A stretch of DNA of 64,000 bases, taken from contig DASSSU010000020.1 of NCBI GenBank assembly GCA_035708305.1, forward strand, positions 8,481 to 72,480. The letters run 5' to 3'. This document shows, in pieces, positions 27,266-36,414 of this stretch; position 1 is the first letter of the stretch; every line of letters begins with the position of its first letter. Below the pieces are notes generated by a model. That model searched no databases, was not told where the DNA came from, and saw only the letters and a list, made by a program, of their open reading frames with translations. The DNA comes from Minisyncoccota bacterium. Lineage in GTDB: Bacteria; Patescibacteriota; Minisyncoccia; Phycocordibacterales; DASSSU01. Position numbers and translations under genes: made by a program.

Positions 27266-27423
27266 ACCTTCCCCTCCACCGCCAATTCCCGAAAGCAAAT
27301 TCTGCACAAATCAAAATCCCGCATATAACCATGCTTGCGCCCGCACTTAAAACACCGCCGCACGAGACGCGTGCTAAACTTTGGTTTTTCCTGAGATCTT
27401 GCAACAACTGATTTCTTTGCCAT
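27238..27423 (-). CDS. rpsZ: 30S ribosomal protein S14, type Z (zinc-binding, 61 aa), embedded in a longer artefactual ORF in the track
   Basis: MAKKSVVARSQEKPKFSTRLVRRCFKCGRKHGYMRDFDLCRICFRELAVEGKVPGVRKSSW has the 4-Cys (CxxC...CxxC) S14-Z signature. The upstream in-frame 119 aa have no ribosomal-protein similarity. Confidence 0.85.
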   Translation of the reverse strand: MAKKSVVARSQEKPKFSTRLVRRCFKCGRKHGYMRDFDLCRICFRELAVEGKVPGVRKSSW

Positions 27424-27550
27424 AGGTACTTCTACAAATAAAGAAAGCCCAAACGAGCTTTCAAATATCCTATCAGAGAAAGCCTCTTTGTCAAATTTTT
27501 CTCCTGTTTTTCTGCATTTTGAGGCAAAATTTCCATGCTTTTTCTCTGAT

Positions 27551-28681
27551 TTATTCTGATTCCCACATTCCCAGCCACATCCAGGCGAGATTGTAGAAGT
27601 CGTATTTCGACGGATCGGCTCCGGAGAGCTTCTGCACGTACATGGTATGCGTCGCATTCGGATACAGGATTCTCCATACCGGCAGAAGCGCTGCATAGTG
27701 CGCACCCGACTCATAGCTGACCGAAGCGGTTCCGTTGGAACGATACGTCGCAAAAATTTCTCCTTTCTTGTTCCAATCAAATGCCAATGGAACGGTCATA
27801 CTTTTTAAGAATGACAGAGCCCGCGGATCCTTTGAATATTCGTAGTCAAGCGCCACTCGGTATGGTACGCGGATCGCATCCCAATCGTACCCAGATGCCG
27901 CCTCGCCGTTCATTTGGAAATTGGTCGTGAAGTTCCCATGGGAATCAACCCGGCACCAGTCCGTCGGAAGCCCTGCCGATCCGCGGCATTCCGAATAAAT
28001 TTTGTAGGAAGAATCTACGAGCTCCATCCAATCATGACTGGGATCCATTTGTGCAAACACACGATACGCATACGGTGCCAAGTATGAAGGGTTCAAAGTT
28101 GCTCCACTTTCGCCCGCCGTCCAGTTGCCGGCAGTGACATACCGAGTACCCGCAACTTTTTTTGTCTCGTTGTTCCAAATCCCCTGAAGGATTTTTTTGG
28201 ATTCCTGATCATACTGCGGCATGTTCCACCTTCGCGCCGCCAAGTGAAGCGCATACGCAATATCGGTATCAGCATCCGTCGCAGCATTCCAGTCTGTGAC
28301 TTTGCCATTTGAGTACTGCCAAGCAAAGAGCCCATCACCGCGCTGCAAATGAGTCTTTGTCCAATTCCAGACATGTCGGAACACTGTTCGGTCGTTCTCT
28401 CCAACCGCGATCAGCATCATGTATGCCTGACTTTCCGAGACAGTGCCATTAGGACGGGTCTCAACAAAACCGCTCCAATGCACATACCTGTCCAAAGTGT
28501 AGAGATAAACAGAGTCTTCTTTTTTGTGAATACCAGAACCAAAAAGATCCTGCCATGTAAACTGCACCTGATGCCCAAGGAATCCAAAGAATCCTCCTGC
28601 TGCCATCAGTGTTCCCGCAAAGAATACTTTCACTTTACCTGCTTTTTTCTGAGAGTTTCCCCGTCTCAAACGATCCAACAT
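27551..28681 (-). CDS. Glycoside hydrolase family 8 (endo-beta-1,4-glucanase, BcsZ/CelY-like), membrane-anchored/secreted
   Basis: N-terminal TM. SESQAYMMLIAVGENDRTVFRHVWNWTKTHLQ, then DGLFAWQY, then DWNAATDADTDIAYALHLAARRW parallels the BcsZ blocks SEGQGYGM / NWT / AW / DAD. 376 aa. Confidence 0.7.
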   Translation of the reverse strand: MLDRLRRGNSQKKAGKVKVFFAGTLMAAGGFFGFLGHQVQFTWQDLFGSGIHKKEDSVYLYTLDRYVHWSGFVETRPNGTVSESQAYMMLIAVGENDRTVFRHVWNWTKTHLQRGDGLFAWQYSNGKVTDWNAATDADTDIAYALHLAARRWNMPQYDQESKKILQGIWNNETKKVAGTRYVTAGNWTAGESGATLNPSYLAPYAYRVFAQMDPSHDWMELVDSSYKIYSECRGSAGLPTDWCRVDSHGNFTTNFQMNGEAASGYDWDAIRVPYRVALDYEYSKDPRALSFLKSMTVPLAFDWNKKGEIFATYRSNGTASVSYESGAHYAALLPVWRILYPNATHTMYVQKLSGADPSKYDFYNLAWMWLGMWESE

Positions 28682-28802
28682 TTTTTTCCATTATAGCATG
28701 TTTTTTTAAAATGCAAAATTTATTTTTTCCGCTTTTGTTCTGCGCGTATTTTTTCTTTTTTGCGTTCGAAATTTACAATAAAAAAATCTAAAAATAAAAA
28801 AA

Positions 28803-31022
28803 TTATTTTTTTGAACTCTCAATAGTTTTCCATAAAGTTGTCGTTGCCGGCGTTCGCTTCGCCATTAACCACGTCACAAAAAATATTGCCACATAAAGAA
28901 AAAGAGAAAACGGAAACTGAAAAAAAGTTTTAAAAAATTCTTTTACGACTAAAAATTTTGGAAGATAACTTTCTTTTTTGACCAGTTCTTCGCCAAAAAT
29001 ATCGCGATGCCGTGTCTGATTCTGCATGACGCGGATCCCTTGCTTGAGGTGATCGGAAAAATTATCAGGAAGTGTGAAGTACGTGAGCACACCTCTCGCA
29101 TAGCCATATTTGAAGCCATTTTTTTTCGAAAAAAGAAACGAATACACATCTTCACCCGGACGTTCCACGATATTTAATTTTTTGTAAAGTTTTTGGTGAA
29201 AAGCTCTTTGCGCTCCGTAGCACGTGTAACGGTTATTTCCTCCGGCATACGAAAGGTAAACGGCATACTTCAAACGGCATCCGGCATAGAGCGCTTTTTC
29301 TATCAGCGTTCGGGGAGGGGTGGGTGTGGGAAGCGCGGAAGTAAAGTCCGCTTCCCCGAGAACAATCGGCCGCGTGAGATTTTCGAGCACCATATCGTTT
29401 CCCAGCTGAATATCCGCATCAAACACCACAGCAACATCCGCGCTGGTGAGCTGAAAAAATTGATTCACTCTTGCAGCTTTCCCTCTTCGCATCTTCTCAT
29501 CCAAAATAATGATCTTGTGAGAACCGAGGGATGCCGCTTCTCGTACGGTACCATCGGTGCTTCCATCGGAGAAAAGAAAAATTTTGTCTAACACAAAATG
29601 CTCCTGCCGCTGATGAAGAATTGACTGGAGGAATTCTTTAATATTTTTCTCTTCATTCAAAGCAGAGATACCGACGGAAACACGTGGAGGTGTCGGAACT
29701 CTGGCTGCCTCTGATCGAGAAATATACTCCGCTCTCTCCCGTTCTTCTTTTTGCAACGCAGCACGCTCCTGAAAGGCTCTGAAAAAATGCATTGAAAAAA
29801 TTGTTACCGTATGCAAAAGTGCCGTAAAGAAAAAAACGAGGAGAAATTCTCCAATACGGTGATGAAAAACAAGCGTTCCGACAAAGAAAATCAGCGCAGA
29901 CAGAAGCGCGGCGAAAGTAAACTGAAATTCCTTTTTTGCGTGGTGATACAGCACAACAGTGTAAGAAATCGTAAAGCCTGTCATAGCAAAAATGTACCAG
30001 GGTAAAAGCGGCAAAACAGCAGCCACTTTACTTCCATAAATCGCGGTAAAAAACCACTTCCCAAAAAAGATAAAAAACACCGCGCCAAGTGTGACAAAAG
30101 CAACCGTTGCAGCAAGTAACCATCGAAAGATGCCGCGTGTGTCCTTTCCTTCGCGCGTAAAGTTTGAAATTACCGAGATCATAACCGCAGAGAGGAGTGA
30201 ACCCGAAAAGAAAAGCATTTTGCCGCAGAGGGTAATAAGCGCGTACGCCCCGGCAGTTTCCGGATCAAAAAAAGCTTTCGCGAGAAAAATATCGAACGTC
30301 AAAAAGGTGAGCGTCGTCAAGCCAAGGAGAACAGTAAAAAAGAAAAATGCGCTGGGAAAAGGGATCGAATCTTTCGTAATATTTTCTTGCGGCAAATTTC
30401 CCGCGCGAACTTTCCAAAGAAAAAACAGCCCAAGAAAACACGAGAGGATCACCGAAATTGGAATGCTCAAATACGCCAGCGGTGCCAGACCCCAAACGGT
30501 GAACATTACTGCACCGATCAGCTTAAAGAGCGATTCAGAAAAAAAAATAATTCCTGCGATCGCAAAATACAAACCGCCTTGGAAAATTCCGCGAAGCAAA
30601 AATGTCAATCCTCCGAACAAAAAAATCGGGAGAAAAAACATAAGTGGCACTGCACCAGTCTCCCAGATACGGGCGAGAACGGGCAGAGCCGCGAGCCACA
30701 CAACAGACAAGATTCCCGCAAACGCCGCCACCTGCTTTCCCCAAGTGCGGAAGAAGAAAAATCCTGAAGTTTCCGGCCGCCCGCCATACCAGCCAACGCC
30801 GTGCCCTACGCTCGAAGACAGTGCGTTTAAAAAAACACTCGCCGTAGTGAGCAACGCCAAAAAAACCGCCACCAAGCTAAAATCGCCCGGCGTCAGATGG
30901 CGCCCCAAATACAGGTAAAAGATAAAATTCAAAATATTGCCAAACACCAACGCGAGACTGAAAACGGCACCCTCCCGAATTGTCTGCGGCAAAAAATTTT
31001 TTATTTTTTCCAAAGTAAGCAT
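28803..31022 (-). CDS. Fusion protein: multi-TM polysaccharide-flippase-like (Wzx/MOP-type) N-domain + GT2 glycosyltransferase C-domain
   Basis: ~14 predicted TM helices in the first ~440 aa. The C-terminal part has GT2 motifs (VSVGISALNEEKNIKEFL, FLFSDGSTDGT, VVFDADIQL). 739 aa. Confidence 0.55.
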   Translation of the reverse strand: MLTLEKIKNFLPQTIREGAVFSLALVFGNILNFIFYLYLGRHLTPGDFSLVAVFLALLTTASVFLNALSSSVGHGVGWYGGRPETSGFFFFRTWGKQVAAFAGILSVVWLAALPVLARIWETGAVPLMFFLPIFLFGGLTFLLRGIFQGGLYFAIAGIIFFSESLFKLIGAVMFTVWGLAPLAYLSIPISVILSCFLGLFFLWKVRAGNLPQENITKDSIPFPSAFFFFTVLLGLTTLTFLTFDIFLAKAFFDPETAGAYALITLCGKMLFFSGSLLSAVMISVISNFTREGKDTRGIFRWLLAATVAFVTLGAVFFIFFGKWFFTAIYGSKVAAVLPLLPWYIFAMTGFTISYTVVLYHHAKKEFQFTFAALLSALIFFVGTLVFHHRIGEFLLVFFFTALLHTVTIFSMHFFRAFQERAALQKEERERAEYISRSEAARVPTPPRVSVGISALNEEKNIKEFLQSILHQRQEHFVLDKIFLFSDGSTDGTVREAASLGSHKIIILDEKMRRGKAARVNQFFQLTSADVAVVFDADIQLGNDMVLENLTRPIVLGEADFTSALPTPTPPRTLIEKALYAGCRLKYAVYLSYAGGNNRYTCYGAQRAFHQKLYKKLNIVERPGEDVYSFLFSKKNGFKYGYARGVLTYFTLPDNFSDHLKQGIRVMQNQTRHRDIFGEELVKKESYLPKFLVVKEFFKTFFQFPFSLFLYVAIFFVTWLMAKRTPATTTLWKTIESSKK

Positions 31023-31025
31023 ACC

Positions 31026-32783
31026 CTATTTATTATTCACCAGTCCCATTTTCTGTTCTATCGTTTTTGGATCCCAAGTCTGCATGTTTGGATGAAGTGA
31101 CGGAACATACGCTTCATTGAGATGATTTTCCTGGATATATTTTTCCACGGCAGGAATTTTGAGCTGATAGAGAACTGTTTCTGGAGTTTTGTATACCATC
31201 GTGTAGAAGTTTTTGAAATACACACTCCCTTCCCATTTGTCAGACACCGGATCTTTTGCGCGCACTCGATCGGGACTGGTCGGGTTGGTCATGATCACCC
31301 ACGGTGTGTAGAGCCATGGACGCCCAAGCACTTCGTCAAAATAGATAAAGTTTCCTTCATAAATATAATTCTTGAGCGGAATGTCGCTATCAAGAAGCGT
31401 GTAGTCATGGTTAAAGCGAGTGGCGAGAATTTTCCCTCCGGTGTAATGCTCTTTGAGGTACACGGCCACCGGGTTCTTTTGATCACGCGATGTAGCACTT
31501 AAGTCATCCCGAATCACAGAAAAATTACTGGCAAAAGCGGTGCGATAAAAGTGCACACCGGTAATCGTAAAAACAAAAATCGCAAACACCGGAATGACAA
31601 GAACCGAAACCCATTTTTGCCGAACGTGAACGGCAAGATATTCCCGAACCCCGACAGCCATGAGCGTGACCGCCGCCACGGCAAACCCGATCCAGGTCAA
31701 CCCGTAGCGGGTATTGTGAAAGCCCACGTACGAGAGGAATTCAGGCGTGTAAATTGCCGCCGAACCGCGATATAAGCTGGAAACCACCGCCGCAAACGGA
31801 ACCAGCAGCGCCACAAATGCCGCGGCGACAATTGTTTTTTTCTTCACCAGCGCAATGGCAAGAATGGCACAAAAGAGAGAGAGTGGAACAAAAAACTTCC
31901 CCAGCATGTAAAAAGACGCATGCAGAAAAAAATTGACGGAGGAAAGTACGCTGTGCTGCGTCAGATCCGAGTTGATGGAAAGGTTCCAAACCTCGCCATT
32001 TCCGATACCAGCAAATGCAAGCGGACTTCCGGCGAACGCCCAGCTATTCAGTACGATCAGAACCATTCCCACCGCCGCAAGAACGCCATAGAGTACCGTG
32101 AGTGCTTCAGATTCGGAGTATGTTTTTTTCTTGCGGTACATTTGCACCCATAGCATGAACACCAAAACCGGAATGAGCAGCAGACCTTCATACCTCGAAA
32201 GACAGGTGAGCGTAACAAAGAGTGCCGTAAGCAAGATATATCTCAGACGCTCATACTTCATCCAGAGCGTGAAGAAGTACGCGGTTCCAAAAAGCATGCT
32301 CATGAAGAGGATTTCTGTCATTGGCACAGACGCGTAGTAGAGAACAAAAGGATTAAAGACGTATAGCAACGTTCCCAAGAAACTCAATATTTTTCGTCCA
32401 CTGAGTTCCAGCAGTAAGCGATACAGAAACACGCTTCCCATGGCAAAAAAGGGAATGAGCGCCGCAGCCCCCATGAGTCCCGTACGAAACAAAAAATCCG
32501 ACAGAGAAAATGGCGCCATGACCACGTGTAAAAGCGGCGGCCACGTACCGAGCTGGCTGACTCCCGGCGTCATGCTGTCGATCAGGATCCGAGCGAAAAT
32601 CATATGTGCCACTTCATCAGCAAGTGCTGTGGTTAAGTGTTTCGTGGAAACATACCACGCCATAAGCGAAGCTGAGGTGACCGAGATCAACACCAGCGCG
32701 CACTCGTAACGATATCGCGCAAAAAAATCCAAAAACCCGCCGCGCTCAGTATTTTCTCTGTTTGTGTTTGTATGCATGTTCAT
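31026..32783 (-). CDS. GT-C fold glycosyltransferase, PMT/GT39-like (protein O-mannosyltransferase-like) integral membrane protein
   Basis: First extracytoplasmic loop carries LADEVAHMIFARIL, resembling the PMT/ArnT catalytic DE(VHF) motif. ~11 TM followed by a large C-terminal soluble domain. 585 aa. Start overlaps the next gene's stop by 4 nt. Confidence 0.5.
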   Translation of the reverse strand: MNMHTNTNRENTERGGFLDFFARYRYECALVLISVTSASLMAWYVSTKHLTTALADEVAHMIFARILIDSMTPGVSQLGTWPPLLHVVMAPFSLSDFLFRTGLMGAAALIPFFAMGSVFLYRLLLELSGRKILSFLGTLLYVFNPFVLYYASVPMTEILFMSMLFGTAYFFTLWMKYERLRYILLTALFVTLTCLSRYEGLLLIPVLVFMLWVQMYRKKKTYSESEALTVLYGVLAAVGMVLIVLNSWAFAGSPLAFAGIGNGEVWNLSINSDLTQHSVLSSVNFFLHASFYMLGKFFVPLSLFCAILAIALVKKKTIVAAAFVALLVPFAAVVSSLYRGSAAIYTPEFLSYVGFHNTRYGLTWIGFAVAAVTLMAVGVREYLAVHVRQKWVSVLVIPVFAIFVFTITGVHFYRTAFASNFSVIRDDLSATSRDQKNPVAVYLKEHYTGGKILATRFNHDYTLLDSDIPLKNYIYEGNFIYFDEVLGRPWLYTPWVIMTNPTSPDRVRAKDPVSDKWEGSVYFKNFYTMVYKTPETVLYQLKIPAVEKYIQENHLNEAYVPSLHPNMQTWDPKTIEQKMGLVNNK

Positions 32784-35071
32784 ATTTGGTCGCGAAGATT
32801 AACCGGATTATTTTGGGAAGGCTGATTTTCCGCCGCTCTCATTTTCACCGGAGCGGTTTGAGGAGCTTCTGAGCGCACCCCGTGTTTCGTTTTGTCCCAG
32901 TAATACGGATTGGTAATGAACTGGACAGCACCGCGCGTGGTGGCGTACGCGAGCATCACCCAGTAAAAAATCGAAAGCAGGTTGTATTTCACCAATGAAT
33001 ACCGCCCGCGCTGGTATGAAGAGAGCAAGTTGAGATACGTGAAAACGAAATTCCCCGTTAAAAAAGTGAAGACGGAAATATAGAGCACGACCTTTGGAAA
33101 AAGTTCCTGCACAAAAAGCGGCTGAAAAATGAGCCACACGAGAAATATGATCCAAAAGAAAAGATTGAGGATGTTGATGAGCACGGTCCCAGGAACCACA
33201 AACAAGAACCCGAGAAACGCTCCCCAACCGCCGATCTCATCTTTGAAACGAAGCGGGTGGCGCAAGTGCACGATACTGGTTTGGATAAACCCCTTCATCC
33301 AACGCGATCGCTGGTTGGCCCAAGCGCGAAACGTGCTCGTCGCCTCTTCCCGACTCACAGAGTTGAGCAACCCGGTCTGAAAGCCTCGTCGATGGAGACG
33401 GATACCCAGATCACAGTCTTCTGTGACATTGTACGGATCCCAGCCGCCGATCTCGCGAAGCATATCCACCCGAAAATGTGTGCTGTGTCCTGACAGCGGA
33501 AGCGGAATGCCCATTTTATGAAGTCCGGGAAGAAAATAGTCGTAGTGGAAAGAAAACTCAGAGTTGAAAAGCCTCGTGATCACGCCATCATCAGAGTTGT
33601 AATGATCAAGCCGTGTCTGCAACACTCCTAAGTGCGGTTTTTTTTGAAACGCCAAAACCGCTTTTTTAAGCTGGTCCGGATCGGGAATAATTTCCGCATC
33701 ATAGATAGAGAGAAAAACTCCTCTCGTGTGAAGCAGCGCGACATTCAGCGCCTTTGGCTTCGTCTTTGGCTTCACATCCGGCAAAATCAGCATCTTCATG
33801 TGCCCAGGGAGTTCGGCGTTTTCAAGCGCATGGATGGTTTCTGTATCGTATTCTTCAAGCGTGATAATCATCTCAAGTTTTTCCGGTGGATAATCAATCG
33901 ATGTCATGGCACGGACAATCTGATCCACCACTTCCGATTCCTGGTAGAGCGGAATCAAAACCGTATACAGAGGAAGGTCTTCATCCCGAAGCGCAGCAAT
34001 TTCTTCCCGTGAGAAATCCAAGACATTATCAGAACGCACTGCTTTCCAAACCACCAAAAGCTTGAAGAGCAAAATAAAAAAATAAAAAAACGCGGAAATT
34101 CCCACCCACACCACCAGCAAGGGAACATGAAAAGCTTTGGATAAGAAGAGACTGATGCCAATGAATACTGCTAAAAGTATGACGATGAGTGAAACAGTTT
34201 CAAAGTAAAAGTGCTTTTTCGCGCTCATGATGTCCGAAAGGAAAAGGAAATCTTTTGTGTTTTCAAAATCATTTTCAAATCGCTCGGAGTGGTGCGGATA
34301 ATCCAAAAATTTAAAAAACGCCAAAAGGAAATACTCGCATCGAAGTGCGATTCCGCCAAACAGAAGTTCGAAACCGGTACCCAGGGCATTGACCTTGCTC
34401 TTGCCGCTTTCGCGTGCCGCAAAATGGATCGGCACTTCTGTAATGCGCCATTTCATATGACTCGCCTTGTAGAGAAATTCATAATCAAACCCCCACTTTG
34501 AAGGAGAGAGCGGCACACTCTCCACCACCCTTCTCCGAAACACCTTCAAGCCGGACTGCACATCTATCGGTGTCCCCAGAAGCAGCCTGCCAAAAACATT
34601 TCGAAAAACCCTGCTCAGAAAGCTTCGTACACTTTTTTCTTCCGTTCTTGTCTTTCGGTTCGCCACCACAATGTCGGCTGACTCCAATTTTTTTATCATT
34701 TCCGGAATAGTCTCCGGCGGATACTGGAGATCAGCATCGATCATAGCAATAATACCGGTATCTGCGTGAGTTATTCCTTCAAGCAACGAGTAGGATTTTC
34801 CCTTCTTCCCCTTCTTGCGATACAACCCCATCGGGAAAGATGGCTGATAATGTTCCAGGTACTCAAACGTTCCATCTGAAGAATGGTCGTCAATAAAAAT
34901 CACCTCGTAGTTGATGCAAGCGTTTTCAAAAGTACGATCCAAACGCTCCAGAAACAGTGGAAGATTCCCCCGTTCATCGAGAACTGGAACAACAACAGAA
35001 ACTTCAGGCTTTGCGTAAATGATCTGGTCAGTAAATTTTCGTGAAAGAGCGCGTTTTTTTTGAACATCCAA
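32780..35071 (-). CDS. Double glycosyltransferase family 2 protein: DPM1/GtrB-like polyprenyl-phosphate glycosyltransferase + processive cellulose-synthase-like GT2 (D,D,D,QxxRW)
   Basis: N-domain: VSVVVPVLDE...IFIDDHSSDGT...IAMIDADLQYPPE (DPM1/ArnC-like). TM block. Second domain: LYTVLIPLYQESEVV...SIYDAEII...NVTEDCDLG...ANQRSRWMKG (DxD, TED, QRxRW), then C-terminal TMs. 763 aa. Confidence 0.75.
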   Translation of the reverse strand: MDVQKKRALSRKFTDQIIYAKPEVSVVVPVLDERGNLPLFLERLDRTFENACINYEVIFIDDHSSDGTFEYLEHYQPSFPMGLYRKKGKKGKSYSLLEGITHADTGIIAMIDADLQYPPETIPEMIKKLESADIVVANRKTRTEEKSVRSFLSRVFRNVFGRLLLGTPIDVQSGLKVFRRRVVESVPLSPSKWGFDYEFLYKASHMKWRITEVPIHFAARESGKSKVNALGTGFELLFGGIALRCEYFLLAFFKFLDYPHHSERFENDFENTKDFLFLSDIMSAKKHFYFETVSLIVILLAVFIGISLFLSKAFHVPLLVVWVGISAFFYFFILLFKLLVVWKAVRSDNVLDFSREEIAALRDEDLPLYTVLIPLYQESEVVDQIVRAMTSIDYPPEKLEMIITLEEYDTETIHALENAELPGHMKMLILPDVKPKTKPKALNVALLHTRGVFLSIYDAEIIPDPDQLKKAVLAFQKKPHLGVLQTRLDHYNSDDGVITRLFNSEFSFHYDYFLPGLHKMGIPLPLSGHSTHFRVDMLREIGGWDPYNVTEDCDLGIRLHRRGFQTGLLNSVSREEATSTFRAWANQRSRWMKGFIQTSIVHLRHPLRFKDEIGGWGAFLGFLFVVPGTVLINILNLFFWIIFLVWLIFQPLFVQELFPKVVLYISVFTFLTGNFVFTYLNLLSSYQRGRYSLVKYNLLSIFYWVMLAYATTRGAVQFITNPYYWDKTKHGVRSEAPQTAPVKMRAAENQPSQNNPVNLRDQI

Positions 35072-35344
35072 AAACCTCTTTCTTTTTTTGTGAAAAAGTT
35101 TATTTTTAATAATAAGTCTTTGTTTTTACGGGAGATTCCGCCGTTTTTCTTTCGTCTTCAGCTGGTTAATAAAGACGTGCGGTGATACGAGGGCTTACAG
35201 GAATTTTGTATTGCACTTTAAAAGAGTGTACACGCGGAGAGATTAAGAAAAGATGATACTGGTATTTTTAAGAGAGAAAAATTTTTGTCAGCTCAAATTT
35301 TAAGAATTTTTGAGAGAAAAAAGAAAATTTAAAAAACGAAAAAC

Positions 35345-35380
35345 AAAAAAATCTTGCTGAATGCAAGATTTTTTTGTTTC
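35345..35380 (-). terminator. Rho-independent terminator downstream of secF
   Basis: atcttgc-tgaa-tgcaagat hairpin flanked by A-run/T-run (tttttttgtttttcg on the minus strand). Confidence 0.6.
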
Positions 35381-35397
35381 TGAAATTTGAAAAGTGA

Positions 35398-36414
35398 TTA
35401 AGCTTTTTTGGTTTTTTCAGCAAGCGCTTTTTTTTCCTGAAACTTCTGCACGGTAATCAAAAGCGGGGTAGCAACACAGATGGAAGAATACGTTCCGACA
35501 AAAATTCCGAGTGCAAGCGTCAGTGCAAAGTTCTGCGTGGAAGCACCGCCAAAGAAATAGTATACCAGGATCGCAAGAATCGCTGTCAACGAAGTGTTGA
35601 TAGAGCGTGTGATCACCTGCCGCAAACTGTCACCCACCACGTCGGAAAAGGATTCTGAGGTGTATTTGGCATGACCCTTTTTCCCTTCCGTGTGGAGGCG
35701 GAGATTTTCGCGAACTCGGTCAAACACAATGATCGTATCATGAACAGAATAGCCCAAGACTGCCAAGAGTGCCGTGACAAAGAGGATATTGATCTCAAAA
35801 CCCGCCACCAGACCAAGGAAGGCAAAGACGCCGGTTGGAATGAGGATGTCATGCAGCAGCACCGTAACCGCGATCACGCCATATTTCCAGGAAGAAACCG
35901 GTTCGGACACTTGCCGAAAAGCGTAGGCAATGAAAAGAATGATCGCCAAAAGCACAATACCGATCGCATACGCGGACTTAGTGCTGAGTTCCGATCCGAT
36001 GGTTGGACCGATGAAGTTGAAGCGCTCCTGATGAACGTCCACCGCGCCGCCAAGTGAAAGCGTTTGAAGAAGCACCTGTCGGTCACTCTCTTCGATTTTC
36101 TTCGTGCGAACCACAAATCCTTCTTTCCCCACCGGCTGAATGAGGAGGTCGCCAATTTTTTCACGTTCTGCCGAAGCAACATGCGAAGTAAAGTATTGCT
36201 GTACAGCGGAAGCTTGCGGGCGCGTTTGTGGTGCAGTTTTTCCCCCGACTGTATGCGTCGCCGGATAAGAGACTTCTAGAAGCGAACCTCCCGTAAACTC
36301 AATTCCGAGGGGCAAGCCCTTGTAGAAAATCACAAACAGAGAAAGCGCTACAAGGATTCCCGAGAGAGCGTAGAAAAATTTTCGATATTGAATGATAAAC
36401 ATAGAATTCAGCAA
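35398..36414 (-). CDS. secF: Protein-export membrane protein SecF
   Basis: 338 aa, 6 TM, SecD/SecF C-terminal TM bundle motifs (NILFVTALLAVLGYSVHDTIIVFDRVRE). Directly follows secD. Confidence 0.9.
   Translation of the reverse strand: MLNSMFIIQYRKFFYALSGILVALSLFVIFYKGLPLGIEFTGGSLLEVSYPATHTVGGKTAPQTRPQASAVQQYFTSHVASAEREKIGDLLIQPVGKEGFVVRTKKIEESDRQVLLQTLSLGGAVDVHQERFNFIGPTIGSELSTKSAYAIGIVLLAIILFIAYAFRQVSEPVSSWKYGVIAVTVLLHDILIPTGVFAFLGLVAGFEINILFVTALLAVLGYSVHDTIIVFDRVRENLRLHTEGKKGHAKYTSESFSDVVGDSLRQVITRSINTSLTAILAILVYYFFGGASTQNFALTLALGIFVGTYSSICVATPLLITVQKFQEKKALAEKTKKA

Noticed and set aside
27424-27780. 119 aa in-frame upstream of rpsZ in the 180-aa track ORF, considered as a possible rplE (L5) remnant
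   Set aside because: No similarity to L5. It is Cys/Arg-rich and overlaps the GH8 gene 3' end. S14-Z has a clean MAKKS start of its own.
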